A stretch of 63,962 nucleotides of DNA, the filler included, from Basidiobolus ranarum (Eukaryota): assembly GCA_040143965.1 (NCBI GenBank). It is 3 parts of 3 records of this genome, joined end to end, with 100 filler letters (N's around TTAATTAATTAA, not from the genome) between each part and the next. Parts side by side here need not be neighbours in the genome. Positions count along the whole stretch, not along the records: positions 21,572 to 43,007 come from JASJQH010007080.1; 2 more parts are not named here. One strand, given 5' to 3'. Below, piece by piece: positions 26,541 through 39,649 of the stretch. The notes below the pieces were generated by a model that saw only the letters and a program-made list of their open reading frames with translations, was not told the origin of the DNA and did no database searches. Numbering within the stretch: position 1 is the stretch's first letter; each line of letters starts with the position of its first letter. A program made the position numbers and the translations under genes.

Positions 26541-26720
26541 TATTCTAACAATATACCTGGTATGTTTATTCGTAAATCTAAGTTTTTTAAAAATATAATG
26601 CAACACCAGAATATTATTCAGTAGAATAGATTGCTGTTTAAGCTGTAGCGCTAATATCAACAAGAAACAAGTGCTTGAATGGATAAAATTATAGGATTTT
26701 AGGTAGGGTTTATTACGAAA

Positions 26721-27443
26721 TTAAAAGGTACCATCGATTTCATTACTTTTATGAGCGGATGCTACATATTTAGTATGTCTTCCTTGTGCTATAATTTTAT
26801 CCTTTAATTTCAAATCGATCTCTGTGAATGCCAATGTTTTCCCTAACTTCACACAAGTAGCCTCCTAGAAATGTTCACCACATTAATTATCTTAAAGAAA
26901 AGATGTACCGATAAACTCTTACTTACCACGCTCAACACGTCTCCTAATTTGGCAGGCGATAAACAGGTAACGTTCAGATCGGTAGTCACTCCGGTTGCTT
27001 TCATTCCCATACTGGCAATTGATAAGGAGCCACCAATATCAACAAGAGTTCCCATAACACCGCCATGAAGACTTTCCAAACGATTCTAGTACCCCCCAAA
27101 CCAGTAAACATTAACTTCAGTAATAAAGATATCTCCATTTCTTAGAAGAATTCTTACCAAATGCTCTTTCCTCACCGGAAAGTCAAGAATCACCTTCCCT
27201 TTATCTGCCGTAACGACCTTTAACTACAGTTCAAATGGAAAAGAAAAGAGTAAGTAAACTTCTTAAAGTTCAATACACTCCTTACTGAACTTTGGTTCCA
27301 AAATAAAAATAAGGACCAAACCCGAAAATGGAGAATGTTGGGAACCTTACGTTTGATAGTAAGAAAGAGTCTAACCCCTTAGCATCAAGGAAGTTCTTCC
27401 ATACATTACGAACAAAGGGCAGTACCGTGGCAGAAGAGGTCAT
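26721..27443 (-). CDS. Hot-dog fold acyl-CoA thioesterase (ACOT13/THEM2, PaaI family), 4 exons
   Basis: EHL|NRLESLHGGVMGTLVDIGGS...GVTTDLNVTCLSPAKLGD...|EATCVKLGKTLAFTEIDL...IAQGRHTKYV. Confidence 0.9.
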
Positions 27444-28211
27444 GGTATTTGGAAGGAAACAGAGTATACTTGGGTGTAAAAAAAAGTTCGCTGCTTCTAA
27501 AATATAGCAGTTGAAATTTGGACTAAAGGTGTTCAATAATCATCGTGGGAAGTCGGTTGAAAATTGAATTATTACTATATTTTCACCATATATAAATTCA
27601 CAAATCTCTTCCTGTATGACATAAAAAGCCAAAATCATCCGAAATTTGACTTATCAAGAATACCGATGAGTAATTATCCTTGGTACATTGTTGTAGTATT
27701 AGCTGGTGTATCGATTTGTATGTGCGTGTACATCCTTCGGTTCTAAAAATGGATCGATGTGTGCATCCGTTGATATCACTTCGATTTCAATGGTGATTCT
27801 ACATTAGTTCATTCATGATACATTATCGAAGATAAGAATTCATTCTTGATTATTCACCATTTATTGAAGAGGAGAATATTGAAATAGATCGCATATACTC
27901 CGAAACGACGAAGGTTCTAATCGGATAACAGGTTTTCGGGATAACCATTTCCCCGTTATTGAAATAATGTTGGCTCATGGAGCCTTTCTACATTTTATGT
28001 TTTACGTCAGTGACTTAATTATTTTGAGGTAGTTCAATAAAACATGGGTTAACAAAGTAACTAACATCGCTTCGGGATTTGATACGTGTACGAATGAGGT
28101 GAATAGAAAATACTACGGATATCAATGTAACAAAGAATTACTCAAGACCGTGGATTATGATGAGAGTCGAGAAGTGGCTAAGGAAATCTACGGTGTAGAT
28201 ACATCAACGGA

Positions 28212-29848
28212 TCAATCGTCAACACTTGCTTTCAACTCGTAGATTACATCGTAACACTCATTCAAAAGCGACATAACGATGGCTTGGCCTTCAGGGACGT
28301 TTCCGTCTTCGTCAAGGAACTTACCATCAACACGGAGATTGTCAATGCTTGCGAGTTTGAGTTGGTAAGGATAAAGCTCTCGAGCTATGAAGATCAATTT
28401 ATAATGAACGCAAAGTTAGTTTGGCAGTCAAAATCATCAAATATAAGCGCAATATACCTGTGAAAGGTCCACCCCACTTCTTCACTTCGAGTAGACAGGT
28501 TCGCAAAGTAATCAGTTGGTTATGTATAGGCATTAGAGGCTCGGCTATTGGCTCACTGGAGGACAGTAGATGATAAACAAGACGATAGCACTTTTGGAGT
28601 AAATAGTTCAACACAGCCTGGCCTTCAGGGATGTTCTTCTCTTCGTCGTAAAAGTACCCGTCTTTTCTCATCGCGTCGATTTCATTTAACTGGATTTGGT
28701 AGGCCCAAAGGTCAGTTTCACGAAGAGTCCACCGATGAGTCAACACCAGCTTCTGTAATTGTGCTTTAGTATCCGCTAATCTTTCATAGATAGGCTTCAA
28801 CGGTTCTGCAACAATCTCGTTAGAAGCGAAGATATCGTGGATCATATCATAACATCTCTCTAGTAATCCAATCACTTGCGCTTGACCAACTGAGACTGAC
28901 CCATCCTTACTAATAAATTTGCCTTCTTCTCGCGAACCATCGATCTCACGAAGTTCTTCTTGAATCTCACGAACACGATTAAGATCATAATCCCCTCGAG
29001 CAGAAATGATGGCCAGTTCACGGCTGAGGTTTAATAAAGATTTATGGATTGGAATCAGTTCATCGTCCATATTTTCTAAGGAGTTTCTGAAGCTCTTCAG
29101 TAGATTCTCTATAAATATACAGTATATATCAGTAACAGCTGGTTGAGGGGAGTTAACTAAGGAAGTCACTTACGGCATTGGTTGAGCTTCTTGGATACAA
29201 GCGGAGTGAGTCCATTTTGGTGATTTGGACTCTCCTCATCAAGTATTCTATCTTGCTTGATGATTCCTTCAATATCTTGCAGACGATCAGAAAACGCGGT
29301 GATGTCCTCTATTCAATGAAATACACGAACATGTTAGCATTGCAATCGAGTAACAATATGTGTAGCGTTGTATTGACTAATCTTCATGTAATAGACGTAT
29401 ATACAGTGCATTCAATTACATACCTTGGGAATAAACTCCAAATACATCCATACTATCCAAGCATTGCTAGAAGTGATTGTTAATTAGGGCTAAAGTAATA
29501 ATCAACTGTGCTTCTTTTATATACCTTCATCGTTACCAACTGGACATAGGTGGCCGGTAGTTCTCTATTCTTCCCAAGTGCCATCCAGAATAAAGACAAA
29601 AGTTGGAATACATCGTCCAAGACTGTATCAACTCGATTTTGATATTCATCGTAGTCGTGTTTTTCTCTCTTTCTGATCTCAAGTAGTTTCTCAACCTGAT
29701 TTTTAACTTCGTTGTAGATAGCAACTACATCTGCGGCTTTGTAATAGTTGTTGCGATCTTTCTTCAACACCCCAAGGCGATTACGAAAGGTGACCAAAGA
29801 TTCCAGTATAGGATGTTCTTCGGGCGTTACAACTTGAAGTTCACTCAT
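28212..29848 (-). CDS. DUF2408 / UPF0662 protein (yeast Cub1/YPL260W-like), multi-exon
   Basis: Motifs 'EHPILESLVTFRNRLGVLKKDR', 'VDTVLDDVFQLLSLF', 'THRWTLRETDLWAYQIQL' and repeated 'DGKF.D..G.VPEGQA'. Confidence 0.88.
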
Positions 29849-32528
29849 GCTTAGGACGCTTGTTTGGTACGGATAGCTACAAGGAGGAAAAATGAGACAA
29901 TTGAGACAACACTCAAAGTTTTTTGGATGGTCAGAAAAAGGTTAACTTTCTTGATGAGAGGAAGTTACCACAAGTGTTTGAGAATAAGATGAGAAAGGCT
30001 TTAATATAGATTCTCGAGGAATACACGAGAATATAATTACAAAAGGATAGAAGAACCAAGACGATACGAGTGTGGGGAATTATCTTTATATCCTTGGAAC
30101 TGGTTTGATCTAAAAACCATTTAATTTCATACCAATATCAACTATACATTCATAGCGTAATTCTAGAGATTCCAGAATTCAGTGATCTGAATAATCCTTA
30201 TGTGGCTTTTAAATCCAAAAGCTACTAGTATGACGTTATCACGAATGCCACTCAAATTCATGTTCAATAACGATTAGAATAAACAATCTTTCAGTCACTC
30301 ACGCATTTATGACGTGCCGCTGATGACACGTCATTGGATTTTACCCGATGGAGTTTTCAGCATTCCATCTGCGCTCAACTATAAATTCGGTGTTATTATC
30401 ACTAGTCTCAGCAAAATAGTAGGCACTGGACTGCTAACTCATTAATCTACACTTTAGTAGGAGTTCAAAACTAATTTAGAGCATATTTAAGAGTACAGTA
30501 ATGATGTTTGCAGTTGTCCTGAGTGCCGAGGTATTATATGTATATTTTTAATCGTGCTTTTCACCATCCATTTGAAGAGTCATTAATCCACATAGAAGCC
30601 TGCAGTAATTCGCATATATTTGGGCCTTACTTAAACAGGTACCATCATACAGTCTGGATTCGGATTTGGTACAGGTCAATAGACTTCCCTCCTCTTAGTC
30701 TTTGTTGGCATTAAACGCCTTCCTATATAAATTTCTGCACAAGAAAACGTTCGAAGAATAGCAAAAGTGAAGTCAATAGCTGATGCCTCTGAACGAAATC
30801 GTAGAGATACAACAAGGAATTAATGAGTTTAACAAAGAGAGCTAAGATCTATAACAGTTACTTATTCACAAAAAATCACAAATGGCCCAAGGACTGACTT
30901 TTATTGAATTCCTAGTGATTGAGTATGAAAGTATAAATTGCGTGAAAGTAGCCTTTATTCGTTTAGTAGGGATTAACCATTCATCTATTGTTGTTCATAT
31001 ACCTGAGAACCTTATCGTTGGTAGCTTATCTTTTTTAATCCAGATATGATAAACATTACCTGCAATATAATTCAAACGATCTGAAAACTGTAGAAATATT
31101 ACTCATCCATATGTAATTTGGAACTAAATCCATGAAAATTTCAATTCTCTTCCAAGTTTTGTAAGAACAGCTCTCAAAAACATAGATTTCCTTAGTTGCG
31201 TAGGGAATGACAATCTGAAGAAAGGATATACTACTAAGTACATAAGCTATCTTGAACAACCGCAGTATCATGAAAATACGAATATTTGGCTCTGTAAAGC
31301 ACCAAAAGCCTAGTACATATTGAAATAGAAAATTCACTCTCAATGAAATAGTAGAACGAAGGTATTAAAACCTCACGAGCTCTGGCATGGAATGATATCT
31401 CATAATATGCTTTCATAGGTGAATACAAGTTTATAATATGGAGACAAACCCGATTGGATAAGCCACATTCTGCGTAAGCATAAATATCAGTAGAATAATA
31501 AGCGAAAAACACTTGGCATTTGTGGACTTTCAGTAGTAGCGCGTTTGTTGGAATGATTTTCACCAAATGATGCTTTGGCAAAAGAGTTTAGAGACGCGTA
31601 ACTTGCTTTGAATTACTCAAGACCATAGAATCCTCAATATCAACGTAGGCGATATTCTATTCTAAAGAACTGAATGCTAGTCACGTTAATGTAAATTTTC
31701 ACCTCAATCTGGATTATTTAGTTACTATATTTTGCTATATTCTTAACATACGATTTCACAATAGCAGGATATATTGAAATATCAGGCGGTCATGGCTAAT
31801 TGTCTCGGCTGGGTATAGTTCAGGTGATTTCCGTAGTCTCCAGGGCAATTTTGACTCGGATAAAATGCAACATTGTTCCATCCCTACAACAAATAACAGT
31901 CAAGTTGAGAGCTTGGCTAACTGTGGGGCACGGTTTCCAATCAAGTATCAAACACAGCTTGTTCCCGACTTACCTGCTGATTGACCAATACTTGAGGACA
32001 TAAATATTTATTGGGAGCTGCTATGGTACGTGTTGAACTTCATGATCTCAAATCGTTCGCTTTCCCATCCAGATCTTAAGTTTGGAACATGGGGCTAGGT
32101 CAACCTGGGGATAATCTATATCCTTAATTGGTGAATCCTAATCAATATTTGCAATGTAAAGCTGAAACGTTACATTACACCAATTATCACGTTAAGGCAA
32201 AAAACCTCCCCAGAATTACTCCCCTTTTTATTTTACGGCATTATGTATTACAAGGCTTTCACGAGCACGGTAACAATTGGCCTAGTAAGCTCACTAATGC
32301 GCTGCAAAAATATCATTGTAACCTGTATACTGTATATATTTACCCAAGAGACGCGCTGTCACGGATATCAAGATAATCCAAGAGATCGTTGAATCTGCTT
32401 TAAAAATACCGTCGTGTCGATCGCGACCTTTCAAATGGTATAAAACTCCCTAGTTGTAACGAAGGGTAAGATGCCCAACCTCTCTTTTAGAATCAACACT
32501 TTTGCCTCTTATTCAAGCTTCCAAATAT

Positions 32529-33443
32529 ATGATATCTCAACCACATGTTTTCCAGTCAGTGTTGGACCATTATGACCAACGGTTTCAACACTCCAATAAC
32601 CCCAGTAAGGCATACGTACAACCAACAAAGTCATTACTCTACTACTCGGATCTATCCAAGAAACTCCGACAGTACCTTATAGGTAAAATAATGCCATCTC
32701 TCTCTCCTGTTAACTATAGTCACGTATTGATATTTCTTGATTTGTAAGATATCACTGCCACCATAGTTAGCACCTTATACCAATGTGATGCCAACTTGGC
32801 TTCGAATGGCCCATCACTCAAAGAATTCATCTTCAAGTTAATCGTTCGTTCCAAGGTTCCCACCAACAATATTCTCTGTGCTTTGCTGTACTTGGTACGC
32901 TTAAAGCAACGTCATCCCGAATGCAAAGGGACAAACGGTGCAGAATGTCGATTGTTTTTGGCAGCATTGATTGTATCCAACAAATATTTGTATGATAATG
33001 CATATCAGAATATAAGTTGGATGCAAATTAGTGGTAGACAATTCACCCTGACAGAAATTAATTTCATGGAGTTCGAGTTACTCTACTTTCTCAATTTTCG
33101 GGTGAATGTCACGAAGGAGCAATGGTTGAATTTCGTAGATTTAATCGATCTCAAAGTGACAGAGAGTTGGCGAAAGTCTAGTAATTCAGCGCCTTCGAAA
33201 TTCCTTTATTCTAAGGCAACTGTTGGTATAGATGTTGCCAAGGGGAAAACTAGCCCCTTACCATTTCTTATGAAAAGTAGTCGATTTCGTGAAGAGTCCT
33301 ATCAGTCACAATGTAATCAATACTCCGTAGATATCCCGACGTCGCTATCACCGTTCAATAGTAAGGATAAAAGTAGGGATACCTTTAGCTCTGCAAACAG
33401 TATATCCAGTAATGATAGTGGGCCCAAGACACCATATCGTTAA
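32529..33443 (+). CDS. Pho85-type cyclin (Pcl family), 2 exons
   Basis: Cyclin box PSLKEFIFKLIVRSKV...LCALLYLVRLK...RLFLAALIVSNKYLYDNAYQNISW...FTLTEINFMEFELLYFLNF. Confidence 0.88.
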
Positions 33444-33900
33444 GTAATCTTGGTGTATTCTGTGAAAATTCAGCATATCCTTTACATTGTCATATATTTC
33501 ATCGTTTAGCATAATCTCAAGGTAATGGACCAACTGTATTCTAGCTATTTTGTAAATAGGAATCGAACTCGCGTATTCTGGTCATATCAAGGTAAAATCA
33601 TTAATTATGTATGTTTGTTTATCGATGTTACACTAATTCATCACTTTTTTTTCTTGTCACGTTCTTGATATTACGAGCTTACACTCAATCCGTATCTTTA
33701 TCTCATTCGTGTATATGTTGATTAAATTATTAAAATGAAATTTATTGTTGCTAAAGAATTCGAACTCAAACTAAACAAAAGAATTTTTTCCAAAATAAAC
33801 ATAACTAAACTTGCAACATGAGATGGTAACAGATTTCTTCGCTCCCATGATATATACGGTATCGGTATCTTCTATGACAAAACGATTAACAAACGCATTT

Positions 33901-35214
33901 TTAGAAATCATTGAAGTCAACTGGTTCCACTGGTTCCAGAGTGACTGTGAGATCTGCATGCTCTACCCCTTTGATTGCCTCTATCACTAGTGAGTTCGGC
34001 ATATACTCCACATTACCATCAGTGTTCCAAACACGTATCCGCAGACCAGATGGAGGTGAAGTGGGAATGGCGAATTTCAGCACCGTAGCAAATGTAGTGG
34101 TGTTGGTGATGGCAACTCTTGGTCGGTACAATTTGCGATTTGATCGCACCGAAACGGTGGTGATATTAGACATATAAGTGGCCAAACCTTCGGTATGTTG
34201 ATTCGTCGTACACGGGCTTAAACTATTGTACGATAAGTTTTGGAAATTATCCGTAGTAGAGGGTGAGTGTTCACTTGAAAAGATTTGAAGATTACTGTTG
34301 CGTAAAGTGAGATGGGCGCCCCCACTAGGTGACTGTGTCATCTCAGTTTTGATTTTCTTGGGGAGAATCTGAACTGGCGTGCCATTTGAATGTTCCGTGC
34401 GTTTAGTGGTTGGTGTGTCTGACATATGAGTAGGACCAGTCATATCTGGAACAGTAGCTTCACCAGATTCTACTTCGAAAAGCTCGGGTAGAAAGTCTTC
34501 GGTGGCACTATATTGATTATTAACCTAAGAATTCCCGTTAAAATCCATTATTATATCAAGAGTAAAATGCTCATACGATTCACATACAACAAACTGTGCC
34601 CATTGATGATATAACTTCGAGTCCAACGGTACATGACGTTTTCCATTAATGTAACATCCAGCTGGGTGAAGTGAACACTTGCCACAATATTTTGCTTGAA
34701 GACGGGTTACACACTCAGCCACTGTGTGAGCATTAGCGACTGCATCAATATTCGAATACAAAAGGGTTACAAACATGCATGGCTATATTGATTCTAAATA
34801 TACGGTTGGATAAGTACCTTTCTTAAATCTCATCCAGTGAGAGTTACAACGAACACATATATTCACCTCAGTAACTTCTTCACCCCAGTTATACCGAGTC
34901 CCCGCTTTGGTTCTTAACCATTGAATGAGCATCACACCAGTAGGCTTGTTAGCAACAATAACTTTATGTCGAAAATCAAGAAACCCATTTTGTAGGCGTG
35001 CTCGATTCCATCTCACTTCCTGTGGTAAGCATTTGCACTCAACACCAAGGGATCCTTCAGGGCAGGTCAAGCAACGTTTACATATAGGACAAGAGTTTGG
35101 GCGAAATTCCTCCTTAATGGTAAAGGTGGCAGGATCAGAATTATGTGGGGGTGAGATTTGGGGAATACTTGGTGATGTAGTAGAGATAGTTACTCCCTGT
35201 AGAGTAGGATTCAT
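33901..35214 (-). CDS. Uncharacterised Cys/His-rich protein (3 exons; introns ~34740-34817 and ~34526-34588)
   Basis: Three ORFs join in frame at GT-AG sites. Motifs CPICKRCLTC...ECKC, ICVRCNSH and CGKCSLHPAGC...H, then a Ser/Thr linker and a compact C-terminal domain. Confidence 0.7.
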
Positions 35215-36048
35215 GATACCAAACTATCAAGTAACAAAATTAACTTCAATAAAAAATGTATATAGAGCTTTGTGGAGGTAATTAAATTTAACGTGGTCAA
35301 CGTCGGACTTGAGGATTTCTTGTAACGGAACAAAAGAACAAACACTCAATTTTTCAGCCGATCGTGTTTCTGACCCCTAAAGGCTGAGTGCCTTTTTTTT
35401 TGACCTGAGAATCCGTTGGTCGCTGACCAATCATTACTCACCGGTGATTTGATTTTGCCAAAACATAACCTCTAAAATTGAAATGTTTCAATCTGGGGCC
35501 AATTGAGTTGATTTCTGGTGTCCATTCGAAACTAGCTGATACACAAAATAAACGCGAGTCTCTTATAGGTGATTCCAGAAACGTGCCTATTGGATCAGTG
35601 TTTCCAGAGGTAACCTATCCTTATTTGGTCAGAGGGAGAGAGGGTTTACTTCAACTGTGACTTTCCTCAGATTCTATTGGTGGCTGAGATAAGAATGGGA
35701 AGAGGAGGATTCATGTATTGTGTTGATTCCTAAAATGCACAACTACAGGGCAAAGCAAGGATATATGTTGTCTGTGAGACCTGCAGAATGCATGATGTAC
35801 ATCATGTTCACACTATAGAGTCAATATTGTTGGCTGAACTGTGCGAAGGTGGAGGTCTCTCGGCCGAATGGGGGCAGTTGAGTGTCTGTTCATTACTCAC
35901 GTTCCTATCTCGAATTGGTTTGGGGTCTATACCATGCAAGTGTTTAAGTTGGCGCAAAAGGGGTATTTATTGTTTGGAAGGGTTACCACAGCTCATGCTA
36001 GCTGTAATTAGTAGATTCAGACAGGTTTTGGGAGTTTGAACAAGCAGA

Positions 36049-37239
36049 CTACAGTGACTTTTTTATAATAGGATTCGCTAGATCCGGTCCATTTCCAAGA
36101 GGGACAACTTGGGTGGGATTGATGTTTACATGGCTCATGTAGTAATGCTTCTTGATATGGTCCATGTGCACAGTTTCCTTAACGTGAGGCAGTTGGTAGA
36201 TTTGTCTGGTCCATCTCAATATGTTGGGATAGTCTTTCTCGATACTTTTGATGTTGCATTTGAAGTGTCCATGATAAACAGGATCGAAGCGGATGATGGT
36301 GGTCCAAAGACGAATATCTGCCTCTGTAAAAGTCTCACCAACAAGAAACTCATGCTCCGTGAGAATTTTCTCTACTCTGTCTAGTGATTTAAATAGAGTT
36401 ACACAATTCGTCTCGTATGCTTGTTGAGTGGTAGCAAAACCGGATTTGTAAACTCCATTGTTGATGGTTTCATAGATCCATTCGTTGACTTGGTCGATAT
36501 CTTTACGAAGGTTTTCTGGATAGTACGTGACCCGGTTAGTGTGATCTGGTAGAAACTCATCGAATGCTTCATTAAATATACGAATGATTTCTGAGCTTTC
36601 ATTGTTAACGATGGTTTCTAGCTTCTTGTCCCAAAGTATAGGGACGGTGAAGCGTCCATCATATTCTGGGTTAGCTTTGAAATAAAGATCTCTAGCATAT
36701 TCAGAGTTGTAAAGACTATCTGGGATACATCCCGGAGTCGCTTCCGAGGTACTAAATTTCCACCCTTTAGGTCCCATAAGATAATCAACCACTGAGAGCC
36801 CAATGATATCCTGAAGCCCTTTAAGGGAACGAACAAGTAGCGTACGATGAGCCTGACCGAGTAGTATTGGTTAAGTTTTGAATATTCATAGTAAAAGAGA
36901 TGAGAGCTTACCCATGGACAGGCATGACTGATATATAGGTGGTAGCGATCTCTATAGAATATGGGTGAGCATGCATTTTTCATTCAAGAATTTATCATTT
37001 GCTTACTTCTCTGGTGTGAATAGGGAGCCTTCCTCTTTGGAAATGGTGTTGCGGAAAGTAGAAGGTTTGCGGCGGAATTCGCCATCTCCACTGGCCCACT
37101 TGTAAATATTCTTGTCAGTACTCTGGGTAGACATCGTTAAAAAGCGGATGGAGCTGCAAGGTAAATTCTTATGAAAAAAGGATGATTGACTTGGATATCT
37201 TGACAAATGTGATAATTTATATGTATTGATACGAAGCAT
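36049..37239 (-). CDS. ECM4: Glutathionyl-hydroquinone reductase (omega-like GST, Ecm4/YqjG family), 3 exons
   Basis: Motifs GEFRRKPSTFR, RYHLYISHACPW|AHR, RFTVPILWDKK..TIVNNESSEIIR, INNGVYKSGFA, TEADIRLWTTIIRFDPVYHGHFKCN and HIKKHYYMSH..INPT. Confidence 0.93.
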
Positions 37240-38666
37240 AATTTGTATGAATCAAGTTCTATTTACTACCTTATAAATACCCAACATTGGAACTTGGAAG
37301 ATATTATGGCTGGTTAAGCTTACAAATGGTGATTATCACATGATGATGATCCGGAAAATGTAACTATTTGTATCATCGATTGAACTGTCATTAGTAATAG
37401 CTTTTTTGTATCATTGATCGAACTGTCATTAGTAATTACTTGAGCTTCTTACCAAAGCCACGTGCATGATTTAAGTTATATGGACTATGCTGACACCAGA
37501 GAAAGCAGATTTAGCTACCATTCTACTTATTTCCAAGATGGCATATTTCTACTATTAATTACATCTAAAAGAGAATTAATTATTCATGAACCTAGTTTGT
37601 AGATACTATATTGTAGCATTATTCTTGCTTTCTAATAGATAGACACCTCATACTAGAAGATTATTGATTACCTTGAAGATTCTACTCTATACCTGGTGAA
37701 AGTACGTACAGGAAGTAATCACTGATTGTGAACGAGATGAGATTCAATATCACCAGCAACTGGGAATATCCAAAGCAACCGGTTAAAACATGCCATTTCG
37801 GTCTCCATGATATTATTTTCTTGTGATATTGAGCAATTTGTTGATATCATACCAAAAATGGTCAATCAGTGCTCAAATTTGTGAAACTAATATATAAGAC
37901 TAATAATGAGGAAGTGATAAATGTATTTGCTATTATTAAAGTTTGAAGTTTTATATATGGACGTGATTCAAACTATCTCCACTTATCACTTTTTCTGATG
38001 CATATCTCAAATGAGGAAGTGAGAAGTATTGGGATGTTGAAATGCGAAACGTCATTTGCTATTGGAGGATGGTAGATGATTGTTCCAAAGTTCAGCAAAA
38101 CCATGACATTCTCTGGTTATTGGTTCTAGTCAACATGGCTTCTTATATTCCACTCAATCACTCGAACGTCATTATCATTCAAGCGCATGAGATTCCAAGA
38201 CAAAATCACAGAATAGGGAGTACTATAGATGTGGAGAAGACATGATAAAGTATGGTTAGAACAATACGGAATAAGGTCGCTATATACACATACACACAGA
38301 AGGTAAATCAATTAGACTGTTAAGTTTATATATAGATTAAATATCTTTGCAAAATATGAGCTGGTTTAGCACCATCCCACGGTAGGTCACCGTCTACCTA
38401 GATATATCCATTGGGACACTAGATTTGACCTTGAGCACAGATAAAGTTCTATTGAGCAAAGAAAATGTCGAAATGTACAGCAGAAAAGAAAGAAATAAGA
38501 GAAACGAGTGGATGCTTGTGCGAAAGAAAGAGCATGAATGCAGCGTAGAAAGCAAAAAAGAAAGCTTAAATAGGAAGGTAACAAGTAGCGAAGCAAAGAT
38601 AACGGGCAAACAATTGACCGTCAACGGAATCCGAGATAAGATTCAATCAAATTGAGAATTGGATAT

Positions 38667-39649
38667 TTAAGCTTCTGTGTGGCTTTCTCCATCTTCCCAA
38701 CCAGGCTTTCGCAAAGATTCGCGGTATGTATCTGCTATTAAGTATGCTTCATTAGCAGTTAACGGAGCAAACTGAGCAACATTTCCAGAGCTTCCGAGGG
38801 GAGCTTCTTTGTCTGCCAATAGTTTGGTATGTGAAGATGTTGAACCTGTGTTTTGATTCCTCTTCTTTTCCATTAAGATTGGGGGTTGCTTTCTACTACG
38901 ACGTACATAAAAAACAATGGCACCCCCTACCAAGATAGCCCCTAAAATACTGCCAATAATGATCCCAACGGCTTTTCCAGTTGTGTAGAAAGATCCCGAG
39001 TTATCATAATTGGATGGTACACTAGATAGAGTGATCGTAACAATTCTCGTAGTAGTGGTAACTCCGGAGTTGTTTCGAGGAATATCTACGAAGGGAATGA
39101 GTGAGCATTGTATAAGCTAACGACTATTATAACCTTGTACCACCTACCTATAATTTGAAAAATCGGCCCATCTTGAGCCTTCGCCAGAGGTTCTCCAGCT
39201 GGAGTAAGTACAAACTTATACCACCGTCTACCAATTACGTTTGGTGCTAGACCAGTAACTGGTGGAAAATATTCGTCGGTTAAGATTATTGGAAAAAATC
39301 CCTCATTATTATATCCCAACCATTGCTTTATAGGCTCTCTGGTGTCAGACATCTCGTACATTCTAATGTCAACCATGTTAATGGCCGGCAAGGTAGGGTA
39401 TTTAGCGTACCAGCGTAAATACTCCGAAGTCCCCATGACCCAAGTCTCGTTTAGCCTTGGGTAGCAGTAGAGGGCTGGTCCACAAGGTAGATCTACAAAT
39501 CAGAAGTAGAGTTCGTTCCATTTAACATTATATGTATCGCGAACAGACCATATACTAAACTACTAACCTTGCAAATCACCGAGTGATAATTTTAAAGACA
39601 ATAGACATAATACAAAGAAAGAAAAAAGAGTCCTTTTTTGGAATGTCAT
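38667..39649 (-). CDS. Single-pass type I membrane protein (signal peptide, ectodomain, Thr-rich stalk, TM, cytoplasmic tail), 3 exons
   Basis: Signal peptide MTFQKRTLFSFFVLCLLSLKLSLG. Ectodomain with CGPALYCYPRLNETW. Stalk TTTTRIVTIT. TM AVGIIIGSILGAILVGGAIVFYV-RR. Tail ...IADTYRESLRKPGW. Confidence 0.75.

Noticed and set aside
26721-27443. Thioesterase as an NRPS release or editing enzyme
   Set aside because: It is a hot-dog fold ACOT13-type housekeeping enzyme on a different contig from the NRPS.
36049-36066. C-terminal -KSL of the GST as a peroxisomal PTS1
   Set aside because: It does not fit the (S/A/C)(K/R/H)(L/M) consensus, so support is insufficient.
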